64,000 nucleotides of DNA from Mobula hypostoma. Lineage: Eukaryota. Each line of letters begins with the position of its first letter. The stretch's first letter is position 1. The notes under the pieces are model-generated. The model was not told the DNA's origin and did no database searches. It saw nothing but the letters and a program-made list of their open reading frames with translations. Shown here piece after piece: positions 1 to 13,219 of this stretch. The position numbers and the translations under genes were made by a program. The stretch covers positions 64,544,001-64,608,000 of the forward strand of contig NC_086097.1 of NCBI RefSeq assembly GCF_963921235.1, in the 5' to 3' direction.

Positions 1-109
1 CCTATCACTCTGCTTTCCATCCCCCTGCCAAATTAGTTTAAACCCCCCCCCCACTCCTCTTACAAACCTGCCCATAAGGATACTAGTCCTCCTTGGGTTG
101 AGGTGTAAC
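1..109 (-). mobile_element. CR1 LINE ORF1 (SGNH esterase) C-terminal part, split by the CR1 insertion at 110-1336
   Basis: The minus strand reads GTTACACCTCAACCCAAGG...GGGCAGGTTTG...GGGTTTAAACTAATTTGGCAGGGGGATGG (LHLNPR...GRF), the typical end of CR1 ORF1. It continues from the 1337-1745 segment. Confidence 0.8.
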
Positions 110-1336
110 ACCATAAGACAAAGGAGCAGAAGTCGGCCATTTGGCCCACCGAGTCTGCTCCGCCATTCTATCATGAGCTGATCCAATCTCCCATTTAGTC
201 CCCCTCCCCTGCCTTCTCACCATAACCTTTCATGCCCTGGTTACTCATCTCTGCCTTAAATATACCTGATGACTTGACCTCTACTGCCACCCGTGGCAGC
301 AGATTCCACAGATTCACCACCCTCTGGCTGAAAAAATTTCTTTGCATCTCTGTTCTGAATGGGCGCCCTTCAACCCTTAAGTCATGCCCTCTTGTACTAG
401 ACTACCCCACCATGGGAAACAACTTTGCTATGTCCACTCTGTTCATGCCTTTCAACATTCGAAATGTTTCTATGAAGTCCCCCCTCATTCTTCTAAACTC
501 CAAGGAGTACAGTCCATGAGCGGACAAACGTTCCTCATGTTAACCCTCTCATTCCCAGAATCATTCCAGTGAATCTTCTGTGAACCGTCTCCAGCATCAG
601 CACATCCTTTCTTAAATAAGGAGCCCAAAACTGCACACAGTACTCCAAGTGAGGTCTTACCAGTGCCTTATAGAGCCTCAACATCACATCCCTACTCCTA
701 TACTCCATTCCTCTAGAAATGAATGCCAACATTGCATTCGCCTTCTTCACCACCGACTCAACCTGGAGGTTAACCTTAAGGGTATCCTGTACGAGGACTC
801 CCAAGTCCCATTGCAACTCAGAACTTTGAATTCCCCATTTAAATAATGGTCTGCCTGTTCATTTCTTCTACCAAAGTGCATAACCATACACTTTCCAACA
901 TTGTACTTCATTTGCCACTTCTCTGCCCATTCTTCCAATCTATCCAAGTCTCTCTGTAGACTCTCTGTTTCCTCAGCACTACCAGCCCCTCCAACTATCT
1001 TTGTATCATCAGCAAACTTAGCCACAAAGCCATCTATTCCATAATCCAAATCATTGATGTACAGAGTAAAAAGAAGTGGCCCCAACACGGACCCCTGTGG
1101 AACACTACTGGTAACCAGCAGCCAAACAGAATGGGATCCCTTTATTCCCACTCTCTGTTTCCTGCCAATCAGCCAACGCTCTGTCCACCTATGTAACTTT
1201 CCCATAATTCCATGGGCTCTTATCTTGTTTAGCAGCCTCATGTGTGGCACCTTGTCAAAGGCCTTCTGAAAATCCAAATACACAACATCCACTGCGTCTC
1301 CCTTGTCTAGCCTACTTGTAATTTCCTCAAAAAATT
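110..1336 (-). mobile_element. 5'-truncated CR1 LINE: RT domain, C-terminus and 3' UTR, frameshifted
   Basis: ORFs 747-1292 (YLDFQKAFDKVPH, VPQGSVLGPLLF, KFADDTK) and 535-816 (LYKALVRPHLEYCVQFW). The 3' end is TTCTGCTCCTTTGTCTTATGGT. Confidence 0.95.
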
Positions 1337-1745
1337 TTTGTACAGGTCATACCTTCCCCAGAAGAGATCCCAATGATTCAGAAATCCGAACCCCTGCCCT
1401 CCTGCACTATTTCCTCAGCCACACATTCATCTGCCAAATCTGCCAAATCATCCTATTCTTACCCTCATTGGCATGTGGCATAGGCAATAATCCAGAGGTT
1501 AATGCCCTGGAGGTCTGGCTTTTTGCCTTACTCCCTATACTCTCTCTTCAGACCCTCCTCCCTTTTCCTACTATGTCATTGGTACCAATATATACCATGA
1601 CTCCCAGCTGTTCAATCTCCCCCTTTAGAACGTCATTAACCAGATCTGAGACACCCCTAACCCTGGCACTTGGGAGGCAACATACCATCCGGGTGTCCCT
1701 TTCACATCCACGGAGTCTGTTTTCTATTCCTCTAATTATGGAAAA
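1337..1745 (-). mobile_element. CR1 LINE ORF1 (SGNH esterase) N-terminal part
   Basis: Minus-strand translation SIIRGIENRLRGCERDTRMVCCLPSAR resembles the GDSIVRG...CLPGA block. Further on it reads GFGFLNHWDLFWGRYDLY. Confidence 0.8.
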
Positions 1746-1759
1746 TAATTATTAGCAGA

Positions 1760-2530
1760 TCTGTAACGATTCATAGCCATTCCATTATTCCACCTCTCAA
1801 ACCCCTCACCAATTCTGCAGTTATTTTTATTTCTCTGTGGGACCATGTGTTTTCTGTTGTGATGAAGTGTTTTGGATCTGATTCTCCTCAGATCCTTTGA
1901 AATCCATTATCCCTTATCCTAAATTTATGTCCTCTTGTTTTATTTGCCTCTGATTAAGGGGAAAATATACTCTACCCTAACAATACCCTTCCAAATCTTA
2001 CATATCCCAATTGTACATTCTCTTAACCTTCCACACTTCAAGGAAAACAGACACAGCCTCTCCAGTCTCTCCTCATAACCAAACATTTGAGGCAACTTCT
2101 GCTTTGTAAACCTGAAAGGAGTGAGGAATGAATGGAAGAGGGTGTGAAATAAGGATTAGTATTTAAGTACAATGCTGTTTAGAACAAAAGAACACTAGAA
2201 TATAGGAGCAGGAGCAGGCACCTGAACCCTAAAGACTGCCCCCCCCATTCAATGTGATCTTAGCAGATCTCCTCTTCTGAGCCAGTTTCCCTTAGACCTT
2301 GATCCACTGATCTTCCAAAAACTTCATCAACACGCACAAAGAAGAAATTCCCATGCATCTTGGACTTAAAGGACCGGTCCACAATCTTGTATCTATGACT
2401 CCTCTTTCAAGATTGTCCCACTGGTAGAAACATTTTTGCTGTTACTCTTTTATGCCTCCAAATATCTGATTGTTTTCATTAAAATCATCCCTCATTTTTT
2501 TTGTAATCCAAAGAATTTAGATCAAATGTG
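1760..2530 (-). mobile_element. Two old, decayed CR1 3' ends (about 1760-2085 and 2180-2530)
   Basis: CR1 3' end signatures such as ATAGGAGCAGGAGCAGGC and CAAGGAAAACAGACACAGCCTCTCCAGTCTCTCCTCATAAC. Confidence 0.6.
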
Positions 2531-3039
2531 TTTATAATTTAGAAGTTCAGCTGAATTCCAAAAAAGAAGAGGGGAGTGGATCAAAGAAAATGTACGAGAA
2601 TCTGACATAATAGGTAAAACAAATGGCTCTCATAGAAAACATGAGCAGTTATAGCAAAGTTAATGGAAGGTCAGGGCTCTTCTAGAAATGGAGATACTTT
2701 TATGAAGCAGAATATTTGTCTTTGATAGAGGAAAAGGATGCTGCCATTGTATCAGTAAAGAAGATGGAAAGGAATCACACAGATTTGTGTTTTTTTGAAT
2801 AACTATAGCTGTGAGTCCTGGTGTCTTAGAAGGTTGTTTTTCAATAATTCATTCACACTGAACCTTTATATATCATAACAATATTTTGTTCATACAGCAT
2901 TTATCTTCTGGCAAGGAGGGTTGGAAAATTATTTCAAAATCTTCTCTTGTTCCCTTCCTTGCATCTGTTAGCAATCTGGAGGAATTTCACCTTGGTCTAC
3001 CAATGAATCTTCTTTAAAAATAATAAATCCCTTCCATTC

Positions 3040-3170
3040 CCTTTGTCTCTCTTTCTCCATCTCTCTCTCCCCCTGCCACTCTATCTCTGTCTGTCTCACT
3101 GTCTTTTTCTTTCTCTCTTCTCTGTCCCTGTCTCAATTTGTCCATCTCTGTGTTTCCTTCTCTCTGTTTA
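3040..3170. repeat. Degenerate (CT)-rich microsatellite
   Basis: Visible low-complexity TC/TCTG run. Confidence 0.7.
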
Positions 3171-3589
3171 TTTCATCCAGTATTTCTCACTTATTTAACT
3201 ACTCCCTTCACACGAAAAGTGAAACTAGCATTCATTAAAAGGCATCTATTTTCATAAATATATAACCTTTTTGGACTTCAAGAGACTTTAATCTTTCTTT
3301 TGATACATTCTGTTTTTAAGTATTTATAAACTATTCTTAGACTTTCCTTGCCTGTTTTTTTCCCCCTTTTTAACAAATCTTTGTATGGTAACTTTGTTTT
3401 AAATTCACTCCCAGATTTTCTATGCTCACCTTCTCTTTTTGATGCATGCAACTCATGATATGTGACACGGGTGTTCAAGTTGAATTAAATCCAAAGTAAG
3501 TCACAGGTTAAATGATCAAATTTCACAGCCAAATGGCCCTGTAGCTCAAAAGGGAATCTACTTCAAACAGCAGACGGATCTTCACCAGG

Positions 3590-3850
3590 GAAGAAAGATT
3601 AAGGTGAATTTGCAATGAGAGGGGAAATGTTTTTAGCAGCAAATTTTCGTAATCTAGATTCATGGCTAGGAAAAGATCACAGAAGTAAATCCAGTGCTAA
3701 CTTTCAAAAAGGAATTGGTTAAATGCTTGAAAGGAAAAAAATGATGGAGTTATGAGTGGGGAGCAGGAGAGCAGGATTAATTCAATAATGTGATTAAAGA
3801 TTTGGCGCAAGCTTGATAGACTGATTGGCCATCTTTTCTTCTGCATATTT
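3590..3850 (+). mobile_element. Old CR1 3' end
   Basis: AACTTTCAAAAAGGAATTGGTTAAATGCTTGAAAGG...GAGCAGGAGAG...GACTGATTGGCC resembles the CR1 terminal region. Confidence 0.6.
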
Positions 3851-5355
3851 CTTTGAATTTGTGGTTCTATGAATTTGCCAATGCAGTGCTGCATACTTCC
3901 AGCAAATTCTTTCAAGTAGGATAAAAAAAATACATTCACAAGATTAGTTCAGAAATCAAAGTCATGTTTTTCCTTGCAACATGAATCTTACAACAATCAT
4001 ATTGTGGCAGGAAGGGTAGGTGTTTCTCTTCCAAAGGAATTCCTTGGCACCTTTTCTAATGCCTCCAGCCTGTCGCGTCACTAATTAGCCAACGGGAACG
4101 TACATGCAGACTGTCTCCAGTTTTACAAACAAGTACGTTTTTTCAGCATGACTTCTTCCTAGATTCCTGGCTAATAGCTATGGTCTTATCAAGGCTTAAA
4201 CATGAACTACAAAGCACAGGAAATTAGCCTAACATTCCTCTACTTGAATGGTCTCAGAGAAACCCAAATCTGGGAACATAAGCAGCAACATTTTTTTAGT
4301 ACAGTGAATTCTTTCAAGTGGGCAATCTATTTATTTGGATTATAAACAATGGTTGAAACATATGATCATTGCAATTATGTGCTGTTATAATTATCCATGG
4401 ACAGATCCTATCTTTCCAAAAGAAGCAGTTTGTTGAAAGAAACATTAGTATTCTTTTCAGACAGCTTTACATTTTACAAAAATATAAAATTGATGGAAAA
4501 TCATAAACATTTGATGCTGTAATAATCAGGTGACAGGTGTTCATTGCTGATGATTACAATTTAAGCATTAAATTATTCATAAATAATTCATAATCATAAT
4601 AACTCAGCTTTTACTTGGAGTCTCATGCAAGAAATAAGATGTTATTGGTTTTTAAAAGATGTGTGCATAGAATTGCTCCTAAATCATATTTTATATCAAA
4701 ATATATTAAATGATTATCTCCTTCTATCTATGTTAACTCACGAATCCTTAATGCTATTTATTAATCTGATATTCTCCGATGGTCACATTTCCAGCTTAAA
4801 TAATTTTGAGGTTGTTTACAGTCCCATGTCTTCTCTTTATATGTAAATTAAGTACAATATACATTGAGTCATGGTTAGACCAATCTTCATTTGTAATCAA
4901 TCCTGAGAAACTGGATTAAAACTATTTAATCTATTATTGACTATTTAATTAATGAAAATCTACATTAAAATTAAAGAAACAATGCATCTCAAAAACCATT
5001 TTATATAGAAAATTTGTCCCAGATAACTTATGACTATTATGAATGAAAGTCTTTGAAAAGGGATTAGAAGCACTGAACGAAAGCTTCATCACAAAGCAAG
5101 GTTTTAAAGAAGAGCGATTTGAAAATATTTAGAGATGGTTTTTCACAGAAGGACAACTCGAGAATGAAGGTGCACCTGATGATATTGTGGTCTCAAGTAC
5201 ATCAGAGGAATGGAGAAAATAGTAGAAGGAAAATTGCGGGGCAATTGCATGTAGCAGAGAAGCAGAGAGATCACAGAGGAGTTAAATGCAAGATCAATGA
5301 GAGTGAGTGTGGCGGAGAAGCTGAGTTTTACAGAATTTGGACAGTAGCATTTGCT

Positions 5356-5440
5356 AAGGGTTTTGGCCTGAAACGTCATCTCTACTTTTTTCCATAGATG
5401 CTGTCTGGACTGCTGAGTTCCTCCACCAACTTGTGTGCGA
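5356..5440 (+). mobile_element. Penelope-like terminal fragment (3' half of the hammerhead motif)
   Basis: AAGGGTTTTGGCCTGAAACGTC...CCATAGATGCTGTCTGGACTGCTGAGTTCCTCC matches the termini at 14885-15194 and 50560-50700. Confidence 0.75.
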
Positions 5441-6909
5441 TGTGGGTACTTGCTAAAAATGTTTTGGAGTAATCAAGCTGGGGACATGCAGCTCAGAACC
5501 TATAGAAATCCAAAACTTACAAAGAAATTGGACATAATCACAGCCAGAGGTTCAGAAATAAAAACAGAAAATGGTTGGAGATTCTCAGCAAGCCAGTCAA
5601 CATCCTTAGAGCAAGCATCTCAGGTGTGTGACCTTTCACCAGACCTCTCATTAAAGTTCAGTGTTTCTGACAGAAAGGTTGAAATCATTGGCCCGGATAA
5701 TGATGGCTGACCATCTGAAAGTGCCCGTTTCAGTTTGTTCCGGACTTCAGTACCTGCATATTGCAACATAAAACATCAAGAATATCCTCAAGATAAGATG
5801 CCATCGTATCAATAGTGCCATGTCGCTGCAGAGCTCAGAAGTGGTAAGAACATTCCACATCTCCTTCAATTTACTGCCATCCATGTAAGCACACCTCCAT
5901 CGATTTCAGCAACATCAGTTATCTAAGTTGTGCTAGTAAGAATAGATGACTGGTGATTTTTATTTTTTATAATGTTTAACCTCAATATTGTTTAATTAAT
6001 TTCTATGACATAATTATATTTTAAGTAAATGTATTACTATTCAATTTTATGTTTATATATTTGATAATTCATTAAATACATTTCAACTTTTAAAAAATGT
6101 CTCTGGCTTTCAGAAACATTTAATAAAGCCTTTCACAGCACAGCAGTATATCAGGTATCAGAGTGCAAGAACCTTCCCTCAGACAACATCAGGCAGTCTG
6201 AGAGAAGGTATTTAGAATCTGATCCCTGGGGTACAATACTGCCATCTTCTCTACATTGGATGTCTGAGCAGAAGAATTGGAAGATGAGATAAAAAGAACT
6301 ACTTTCTTTCCTCTTATAGCATCATCCCTTATGTTTTTATGTCAACAATGATAATTTTACATCATCTTCAGTGGTAGGCAGTTAGCTGAATAGAGGTAGC
6401 AAGGGAATTCATGTACATATCAAGAAGATAGTTAGGGGACTGTTGTGAATGGGAAAGAGAATCAGGATAGGAGAGGACAAAACTATCTTTGTATGATTGG
6501 AAGGGGTACCTACTCACTCTGGATTAAAAATGTAGAAGGCATACATCAATGGCTTCCAGATTCCATCCCTACTGGCCTTAACCTGGCAGAGTAATTGTGG
6601 TGCCCTCCTCATTCTGTCCTTAACTAAACCTGTCACTGATCCTGGTGATGTCATCAGTCTTGACTGACGTAAGTGAAATGAGACCCTGTTAGGCTTAAGC
6701 AGGAGTTTAGTTACTCAAGACCTTAAGAATCATAAATGGCAGGATTCAGCTAGACTGCTTTGTAAAATTTCACCATGTATTCAGTAATTCAAACACTTTG
6801 TGATTTATCAGGAAAGAAATTATAATAATTAAAATTTTGATCCACTATTAGCAATAAATTTGTTTTTGTCATTCTAATCAAATCAAAGCAAATAGAATTA
6901 TTTGTTACT

Positions 6910-7410
6910 CTGTACACTTGCTCATTAATTACAATACAAATTTCTAATCAGCCAATCATGTGGCAGTAACTTAGTGCATAAAAGCATGCAGACATAGTCA
7001 AGAGGTTCAGTTGCTATTCAGACCAAACATGAGAATGGGGAAGAAATGTGAATACCCTAAGTGACTTTGACCACTGAATGATTGTTGGTGCTAGACGGGT
7101 AGGTGAGTATCTCAGAAACTGTTGATCTCCTGGGATTTTCATGCACAACAATCTCTATAGATTACAGTGAATGGTGCAAAAAACAAAACAAAACATCCAG
7201 TGCATGACAATTGTGTGTTGGCAAAAATGCTTTGTTAAAGGGAGAGTAAAGAGGAGAATGGCCAGACTGGTTCAAGCAAACAGGAAGGCGACAGTAATTC
7301 AAATCACCATCTGTTACAACAGTGGTGTGAAGAAGAGCATCTCTGAATGCATAACACATCAAACCTTGAAGTGAATGGGCTACAACAGCAGAAGACTTCA
7401 CTGGGTTCCA
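6910..7410 (+). mobile_element. Tc1 transposon 5' remnant (paired-like DNA-binding region of the transposase)
   Basis: MGKKC..SDFD..MIVGARR...ISETVDLLGFSCTTIS, plus ORF 7171-7374 RRMARLVQANRKATVIQIT..YNSGVKKSISE...TLK*MGYNSRR. Confidence 0.9.
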
Positions 7411-7699
7411 CTTCTGTGCCTTCTTTTGTTTTTGCAAGGAGATAGAACAAAAGTAAAGTATAAAAGTGCTACAAAACACTTAATATGGTGGGTAAGATAA
7501 TATAATTAAAATATTAAGTAGGTATCTAGAATTACCCCAACTTTAACAAGTGACTACTACATTTATTTGTGGTGCTGTGTTTCTTTTCTGAATGTTCAAA
7601 AGTTCAAAGTTCAAGGTAAACTTACTATCAAAATGTGTATACTATCCTGTGGTTCATTTTCTTGTGATCATTCATGTTAAGTACAAAGAGAAAAGCTTT

Positions 7700-8290
7700 C
7701 ATCTTTTAACTGGTTCCTTTTGTAAAATCTAAATCTCTCAGCTATTGCCAGTGGTTTAGGGCTCAAGTGATTTTGTAAAATTGTCTTGCTTGCTGGTTTT
7801 TCAGTGGTTAGTAGGGTAGGTTGCATAGGAGATTGTCCTTGGGCCCATTAAAGCTTAGAAGTGTAGGGGCTTTCTTCTGCTGTTCCCTGTTGTTCGCTTT
7901 ACAATACATTACAACTCTCTTGATATACAACTCCCAGCCTTCATTAGCACTATTAAATACATCAACTTTCCCAACTGAAGCCATCACCATGTTATTTTCG
8001 CTTGAAGTTCAGTGTGCATTTCTCTGTCACTATGCACTGTACTCGTGCGTTTTTTAGCATCTGTGACAGCCTTCTTGTGCTGTTTAACTCTCAGTATATA
8101 ACTGTTGGTGCAGTTGGTGATATTCTCTGACATTCAGATTCGTAGTTATCACTGATTTGTTGTGTCTGTGTACAACTACATATCAATAAAATAAAAGCAC
8201 GCAAGCATGAGATGGCTTTGACTGGTTATCCACATTGCAGTTAGAGTGAGGGAGCAATATGCATGCACAGACAACAGATCAATACATAGT
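7700..8290 (-). mobile_element. Gypsy (K02A2.6-like) LTR retrotransposon remnant: partial LTR and gag N-terminus
   Basis: ORF 7808-7990 MASVGKVDVFNSANEGWELYIKRV..YCKANN...KKAPTLLS is a typical Gypsy gag start. Confidence 0.7.
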
Positions 8291-8329
8291 GTCCTCAAAA
8301 GTGATGGACTGGCTGTTTCCACTTGGTCG

Positions 8330-8460
8330 TGTACATGGATTCATGGTCTTTTCAGAAATCTGATGGCAGAGGGGAAGAAGCTGTTCCTAAAATGTTGAGT
8401 GTGTATCTATAGGCTCCTGTACCTCCTCTTTGATGGCAACAGTGAGAAGAGGGCATTGTG
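8330..8460 (-). mobile_element. Rex1/Babar-type LINE 3' fragment; its tail is probably at 7592-7680
   Basis: TTCAGAAATCTGATGGCAGAGGGGAAGAAGCTGTTCC...GGCTCCTGTACCTCCT is the antisense of the RRYRS...RNSFFPS C-terminus. Confidence 0.7.
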
Positions 8461-11400
8461 GTCCTGTGGGGAAGGCAGAGGCTGGGCAGACTGTGTTGTT
8501 GACTTAATCCTGACTCCTCACCTCCTAGCAAAGTTGAGGTTCACTTTATAGACGGAACAGTGGAGCTATAATAATAATGCTTGACATCAACCAGGATTAA
8601 AGAGTTCAGTTGTTACTCTGCTCCTTTCACTGGAATCAGTGTCCTCTTCAACATTACTATTTGTTTTTATCAATAATACACTTTCATTCAGGTAACTGTG
8701 ACAGTACCTCCTGCCCATGTGGCCTCTGGCATTGCAAAGAAATGCAATGGTACTACTGAGGAAATAGCATTACATAAGAGATCCTACCAAGTTACACACC
8801 ATTGCAGTATGGATGCTAGTGCCATTCTATGCTTCTGGAGTCCCAGCTTTGCTATCTGGGAACATGATTACCAAACAGACATAGTTCAATGTGGTAATTA
8901 CTATAATTCTCAGAGAATCTGTTACAACACGTAATTCAAAATCGGCAATTTCTATTGTTATGTGTTGAGCAGAAGATTTAAATAATTGAAAGAAACCCAT
9001 TCCCTGAAACCTGGTATAGGTACACTAACTGTGAATGGAGTCAATTGTAGATCAACTATAGAAAGTGGCAAGTGACAGTGTAAACTTAATGTAGGAAATA
9101 ATAAGATAATACCTCAAGAAAACACAAAATTACAAAATAATATGTTTCATCCATAAGTAAGTGATATATCTAGATACTGATATTGAAAAGAAGTTCAGTG
9201 ATTATCCAGAAATATTAAAATTAATAGCCTGTGGCTATCCTAATTTCCTAGGTAGATGTCTTTTGCTCCAATGTAACAGAGTATAGCCGATAGATTTTGA
9301 GATTATTAGTACTTTGGAGAATTGTGGATTTTGCTTATGAAGACTATTCTAAATTAGCAGTTTTGCAGTTTCTGTAACATTGCAGACTGTCTCTGAAGTT
9401 CATTTGGAAACTTATTCAAGCTGTAAGGCAAGAGAGTAATGGAAAGAGATGGTTAACAACTCTGAATGTCAAATATCCTTTTAATATTTTTTTTGTTTCC
9501 AATGTATTTGGAGGACTCCCTGAAGATATTCTAATTTCCAGAACTGGTCTTCTTAACACAATCTTTCCCTTTGGAAATAGAGATTTTGCATTATGAATGC
9601 ATGAGTTATTAAAAAAATAAAATTCATATCCGGCAGCATACCAATGTGAAAACAACCAAAGTATTCTGAATAACTGCAGCTTAAACAGTACTTTGGGAGA
9701 ACACACTGATGGGATAAAGCACTAACCTTTGCTATTTAGTTATACATATTCATTAAATTATTCCAAAGTATTTTCAAATTATCAAGAAGCTTAAGGTTAA
9801 ATTGAAATGAAATGTTCATTTAGTTCAGTTTTGATATGGTCCAGAAATTCTCAAAGGGGTTGAGTTGTGATGCCCCATGACTACAATATAATTTAGAGCT
9901 CAAAGTCAGTGTTTACAAACACTCCAAACAATATTCCATGTAATTTATTGTGCTAGTACATGATAGTTCTTACACTTCTGTTTCATTACCATACCACTTT
10001 CAGATCAGTCCTTTTTGAAGTGATGATTTATTCAGAGTTAATTTCTCTCCATTGCTCATTATTGGTGACAGCTGAGTAACCTCATAATAATACCACTTAG
10101 GGTAAGCAATAAAAGTGCAAATCTCCATATAAACTTTAAATAGATGCAACATTCATGGCTTGTCATATTTTATTGATCTTACAAGTAATCCCCTGTCCCA
10201 GTATGTTCACAATGAAAGCTTAGGCAAGATGAGCCAATATGGAGAGTAGCATTTACATTCAAGCACTAATTATTCTATCGAAGACAAACCACTGTGCCTT
10301 TCTATATGGAGAGTATATATTTTAATACACTTAGTTTTTTTGTTACAATAAGATCTTTCCTGTCATTGAAATGTCCTATGTTGGTTAGGCATGATCATTT
10401 TCTCCGAATAATGAAACAGGTCTTGCATGGTATGGAACACACTGGTTGACAAACAGCATTTTGCACAGAAATACAGTTCTAGATTTGTGACTTGTTTAGG
10501 CTAGTTTTATTTTGTTAATAACATATTGGGGATTGGGGATTTTTCAATTAGTATAAATTCTGCCTTTGGAGATGCAGGGTGAAAATTCAGATTGAAGAAT
10601 TTCTTTATAAGAGGTAGGACAGAATGAATGATGAAGTGAAGGGAAGGGTTAATCGGGTGAAGGTTGTTTTAAATTGAACTTGTATAGAAATAAGGGTCTG
10701 TGTACTTACTAACCTTAGGCTTTTTTCACAGTGTTTCAATGTGCATGTGATTAATAATAAATAAATCTAAATCTAAATCTTTATAGGTTACCAAAGGTTT
10801 TAGTCCTGCATGAATTAATTAATTAAGACAACATCATCATGTTGCATGTTGCTATTATAATCAATTAGGACATTTCACAAAGGCCTAAGCAACCAAAATT
10901 GTGAGATATTAAAATATAGACAGAAGTATTGCTTAATGTGGTTTAAATTGGAAAAAAAATGAAAAATCAATACTTATCCAACTCATTCTAAACCATTTTA
11001 TTTATGAAGTATGTTTATTATTATCTAGTAGAAAACATTGTAGAAAATTACCTCAAGCAGCCACCCATAAGCATTTTGACAGATAATCTGTTTTAAGTAT
11101 TGTTGTGTATTTAATATTTCAGTCATATTTGAGTAATCTTGTAAATATATTGTTTGATTAAGCATTCTAGTTCACTTCAATAATTCATTACGGGTTATAT
11201 GTATAAATATCTGAATTGCATACGTCATCACGCCACCATGTGATATGTACGTGCCTCGATGAAAGTAAACCGAAAGTTAGACTCACACTTCAGATTCCTG
11301 TGTCTTCCTCTGAATTAGTTTAATGTTTTGAAGCCATAAAACATAACAGTTGGTGATGAGATACTTTTAAAGCAAACCAGAGATGGCTATGGACCAGTTG

Positions 11401-11694
11401 AAGAACAGTGATTCGTTTGAACTGAAAAAGATGCAGTGAGGAACAGCAAGTGAAAAAACAGCCCAGCATGTACAGAGACTGTTGAGTTTTCAAAAGGCAG
11501 AAAATGTAAGGTTCATACAATGTGAGTACTAGGTGATAATAATCATAAAAAAGAGCAGAAATGGCTAGCTATAGCAGAAAGATAGATACAACAGATAACT
11601 GGATTTTATATGCTGAGCAAATTGAACAGTATTTTGAAACAAATGAGCAATGAGAAACAAGTATCAATTTTGCTGAGTGCATTGGGTTTAAAGA

Positions 11695-12306
11695 TGCAGC
11701 CTCAGTTCAGCTAGCAGCTTAATCTAGGGGAAGCCAGCCTCCGGCCCGGCCAAACTTAAGAAATCTTGTTTGGGTGGATGCTGCATGATGTGTTCTCCTG
11801 TTACAAATCAGTACCACAAAATAACAAGAGTACACAATATGTAATTAAACGATTGAGCTTTATAGTTCTTAATTTGACTATATGGTTAGTAAAGAAACAA
11901 AAAAAGAAAAGGGCCCATTCTCATCAAACAATTTAATGCACAATGTTGGAGCTCACAGTTCTGTTCATTTGTTCCCCGTCGACCTCCCCCGAGTGTAGCC
12001 GACCCTCGGACCCTCATTCCAAGTCCACTCCATCCGGCGGTCTACCAACTCTCTCCATTCATGTCTTCTCTCTTCATCTCTCCCCAACATAAGACTGCAG
12101 AATCCCTGCTCCCAGCCCCACAAGAAAGAACAGCATCCCTCTCATTGGATAGCACACATTCCAAAGCCTCCGTTACCTCTAGTCATAACCCAAACATTGC
12201 TGCTGCAGAGAAACCATTACCTTAGCAGTAAAACATTACAGAGAGGCCATTACATTAACAGTGACACATTACAGAGAGGCCATTACATTAGCAGTGAAAT
12301 CTTACA
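11695..12306 (-). mobile_element. Solo LTR-like element inserted into the Gypsy gag
   Basis: TG...CA ends. It interrupts gag between GGTTTAAAG and AAAGGCATAC. AAAG is duplicated at 11690-11693 and 12316-12319. Confidence 0.7.
12213..12306. repeat. 33-bp tandem repeat, about 3 copies, at the LTR end
   Basis: The unit CCATTACATTAGCAGTGAAACATTACAGAGAGG repeats with substitutions. Confidence 0.85.
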
Positions 12307-13219
12307 GCTTGATACAAAGGCATACAGTTTGCTTCAAAGATTAACTGTTTTAAGCAAACCAGCAGAAACGAGCTTTTCTGATATTGTTAAAGTAATACAA
12401 GGACACTTACAACCAAAACCAGATTGTCTGAGCATTGTCAACAATGTCCAAAAAGATTGTTTAGTTTGTGAAATCTTAAAAGAAAGCCTTCAAAAATAGT
12501 TCCCAAGTGAAGCACAACTCACATTTAAAGGAGCAGCGGTTTCAATGGAAACTGCATACAGAGATGCAATTAAGTTGCAGTCAGGAAAGAAAGTGAGCAA
12601 GAATGAAATGGTAGCATTTTAACAGAAACCGGCCTGGCTGAACAGATTTTGTTACCATTGTGGCAGGGGCTTCCATATACCAGACCAATGCAGATTTAAG
12701 GGTGAAATGCAGAAAATGCAGCAAAGACACATGCAAAGAGCATGCTGGGCAGACAAAAATAAGTGCACTATACAGGGAAGAGAAAAAGATAAAAAGTCAA
12801 GTTGCAGTTTCAAAAAGAGCACTATGCTGCACATTGTTGATGAAAAGTCTGATAATGATGAGAGTAACAACAGGACTGAGTAGCCTTAAGATTTACAATG
12901 GGGGAAATGAACAATAGACAGGTATTAATGCTTATGCCAGTAGTGAACAGCAAATTAATTAAAATGGAATTAGACACTGATTCAGCTATTTCAAGCATTC
13001 TACAAAATGAGTTTGAATGGCAGTTCAAAAATACTAAACTGGAGCTTGGGGCCGTGATTGGCTGAGATAACCACAAATTGATTGGAGATCTATCTACCAT
13101 TTGCATGCCACATCCTCTACACAAGCCAACTGAAAGTGAATTAACAAACGTACTGGATGATGCCACACCTGTCTCTATGCTGAACACCATGAACAGTTGC
13201 TCAACAGAGGGCAAACAAG

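Larger units (their letters stand above)
11101..13167 (+). mobile_element. Gypsy LTR retrotransposon: 5' LTR (11101-11348), PBS, decayed gag and protease
   Basis: The LTR has inverted ends TGTTGTGT...ACATAACA and is followed by a PBS-like TGGTGATGAG. gag includes a CCHC knuckle (CYHCGRGFHIPDQCRFKG, about 12650-12720). A protease-like MELDTDSAIS lies at about 12964. Confidence 0.85.

Noticed and set aside
1303..1755. 150-aa plus-strand ORF
   Set aside because: It is the antisense shadow of CR1 ORF1.
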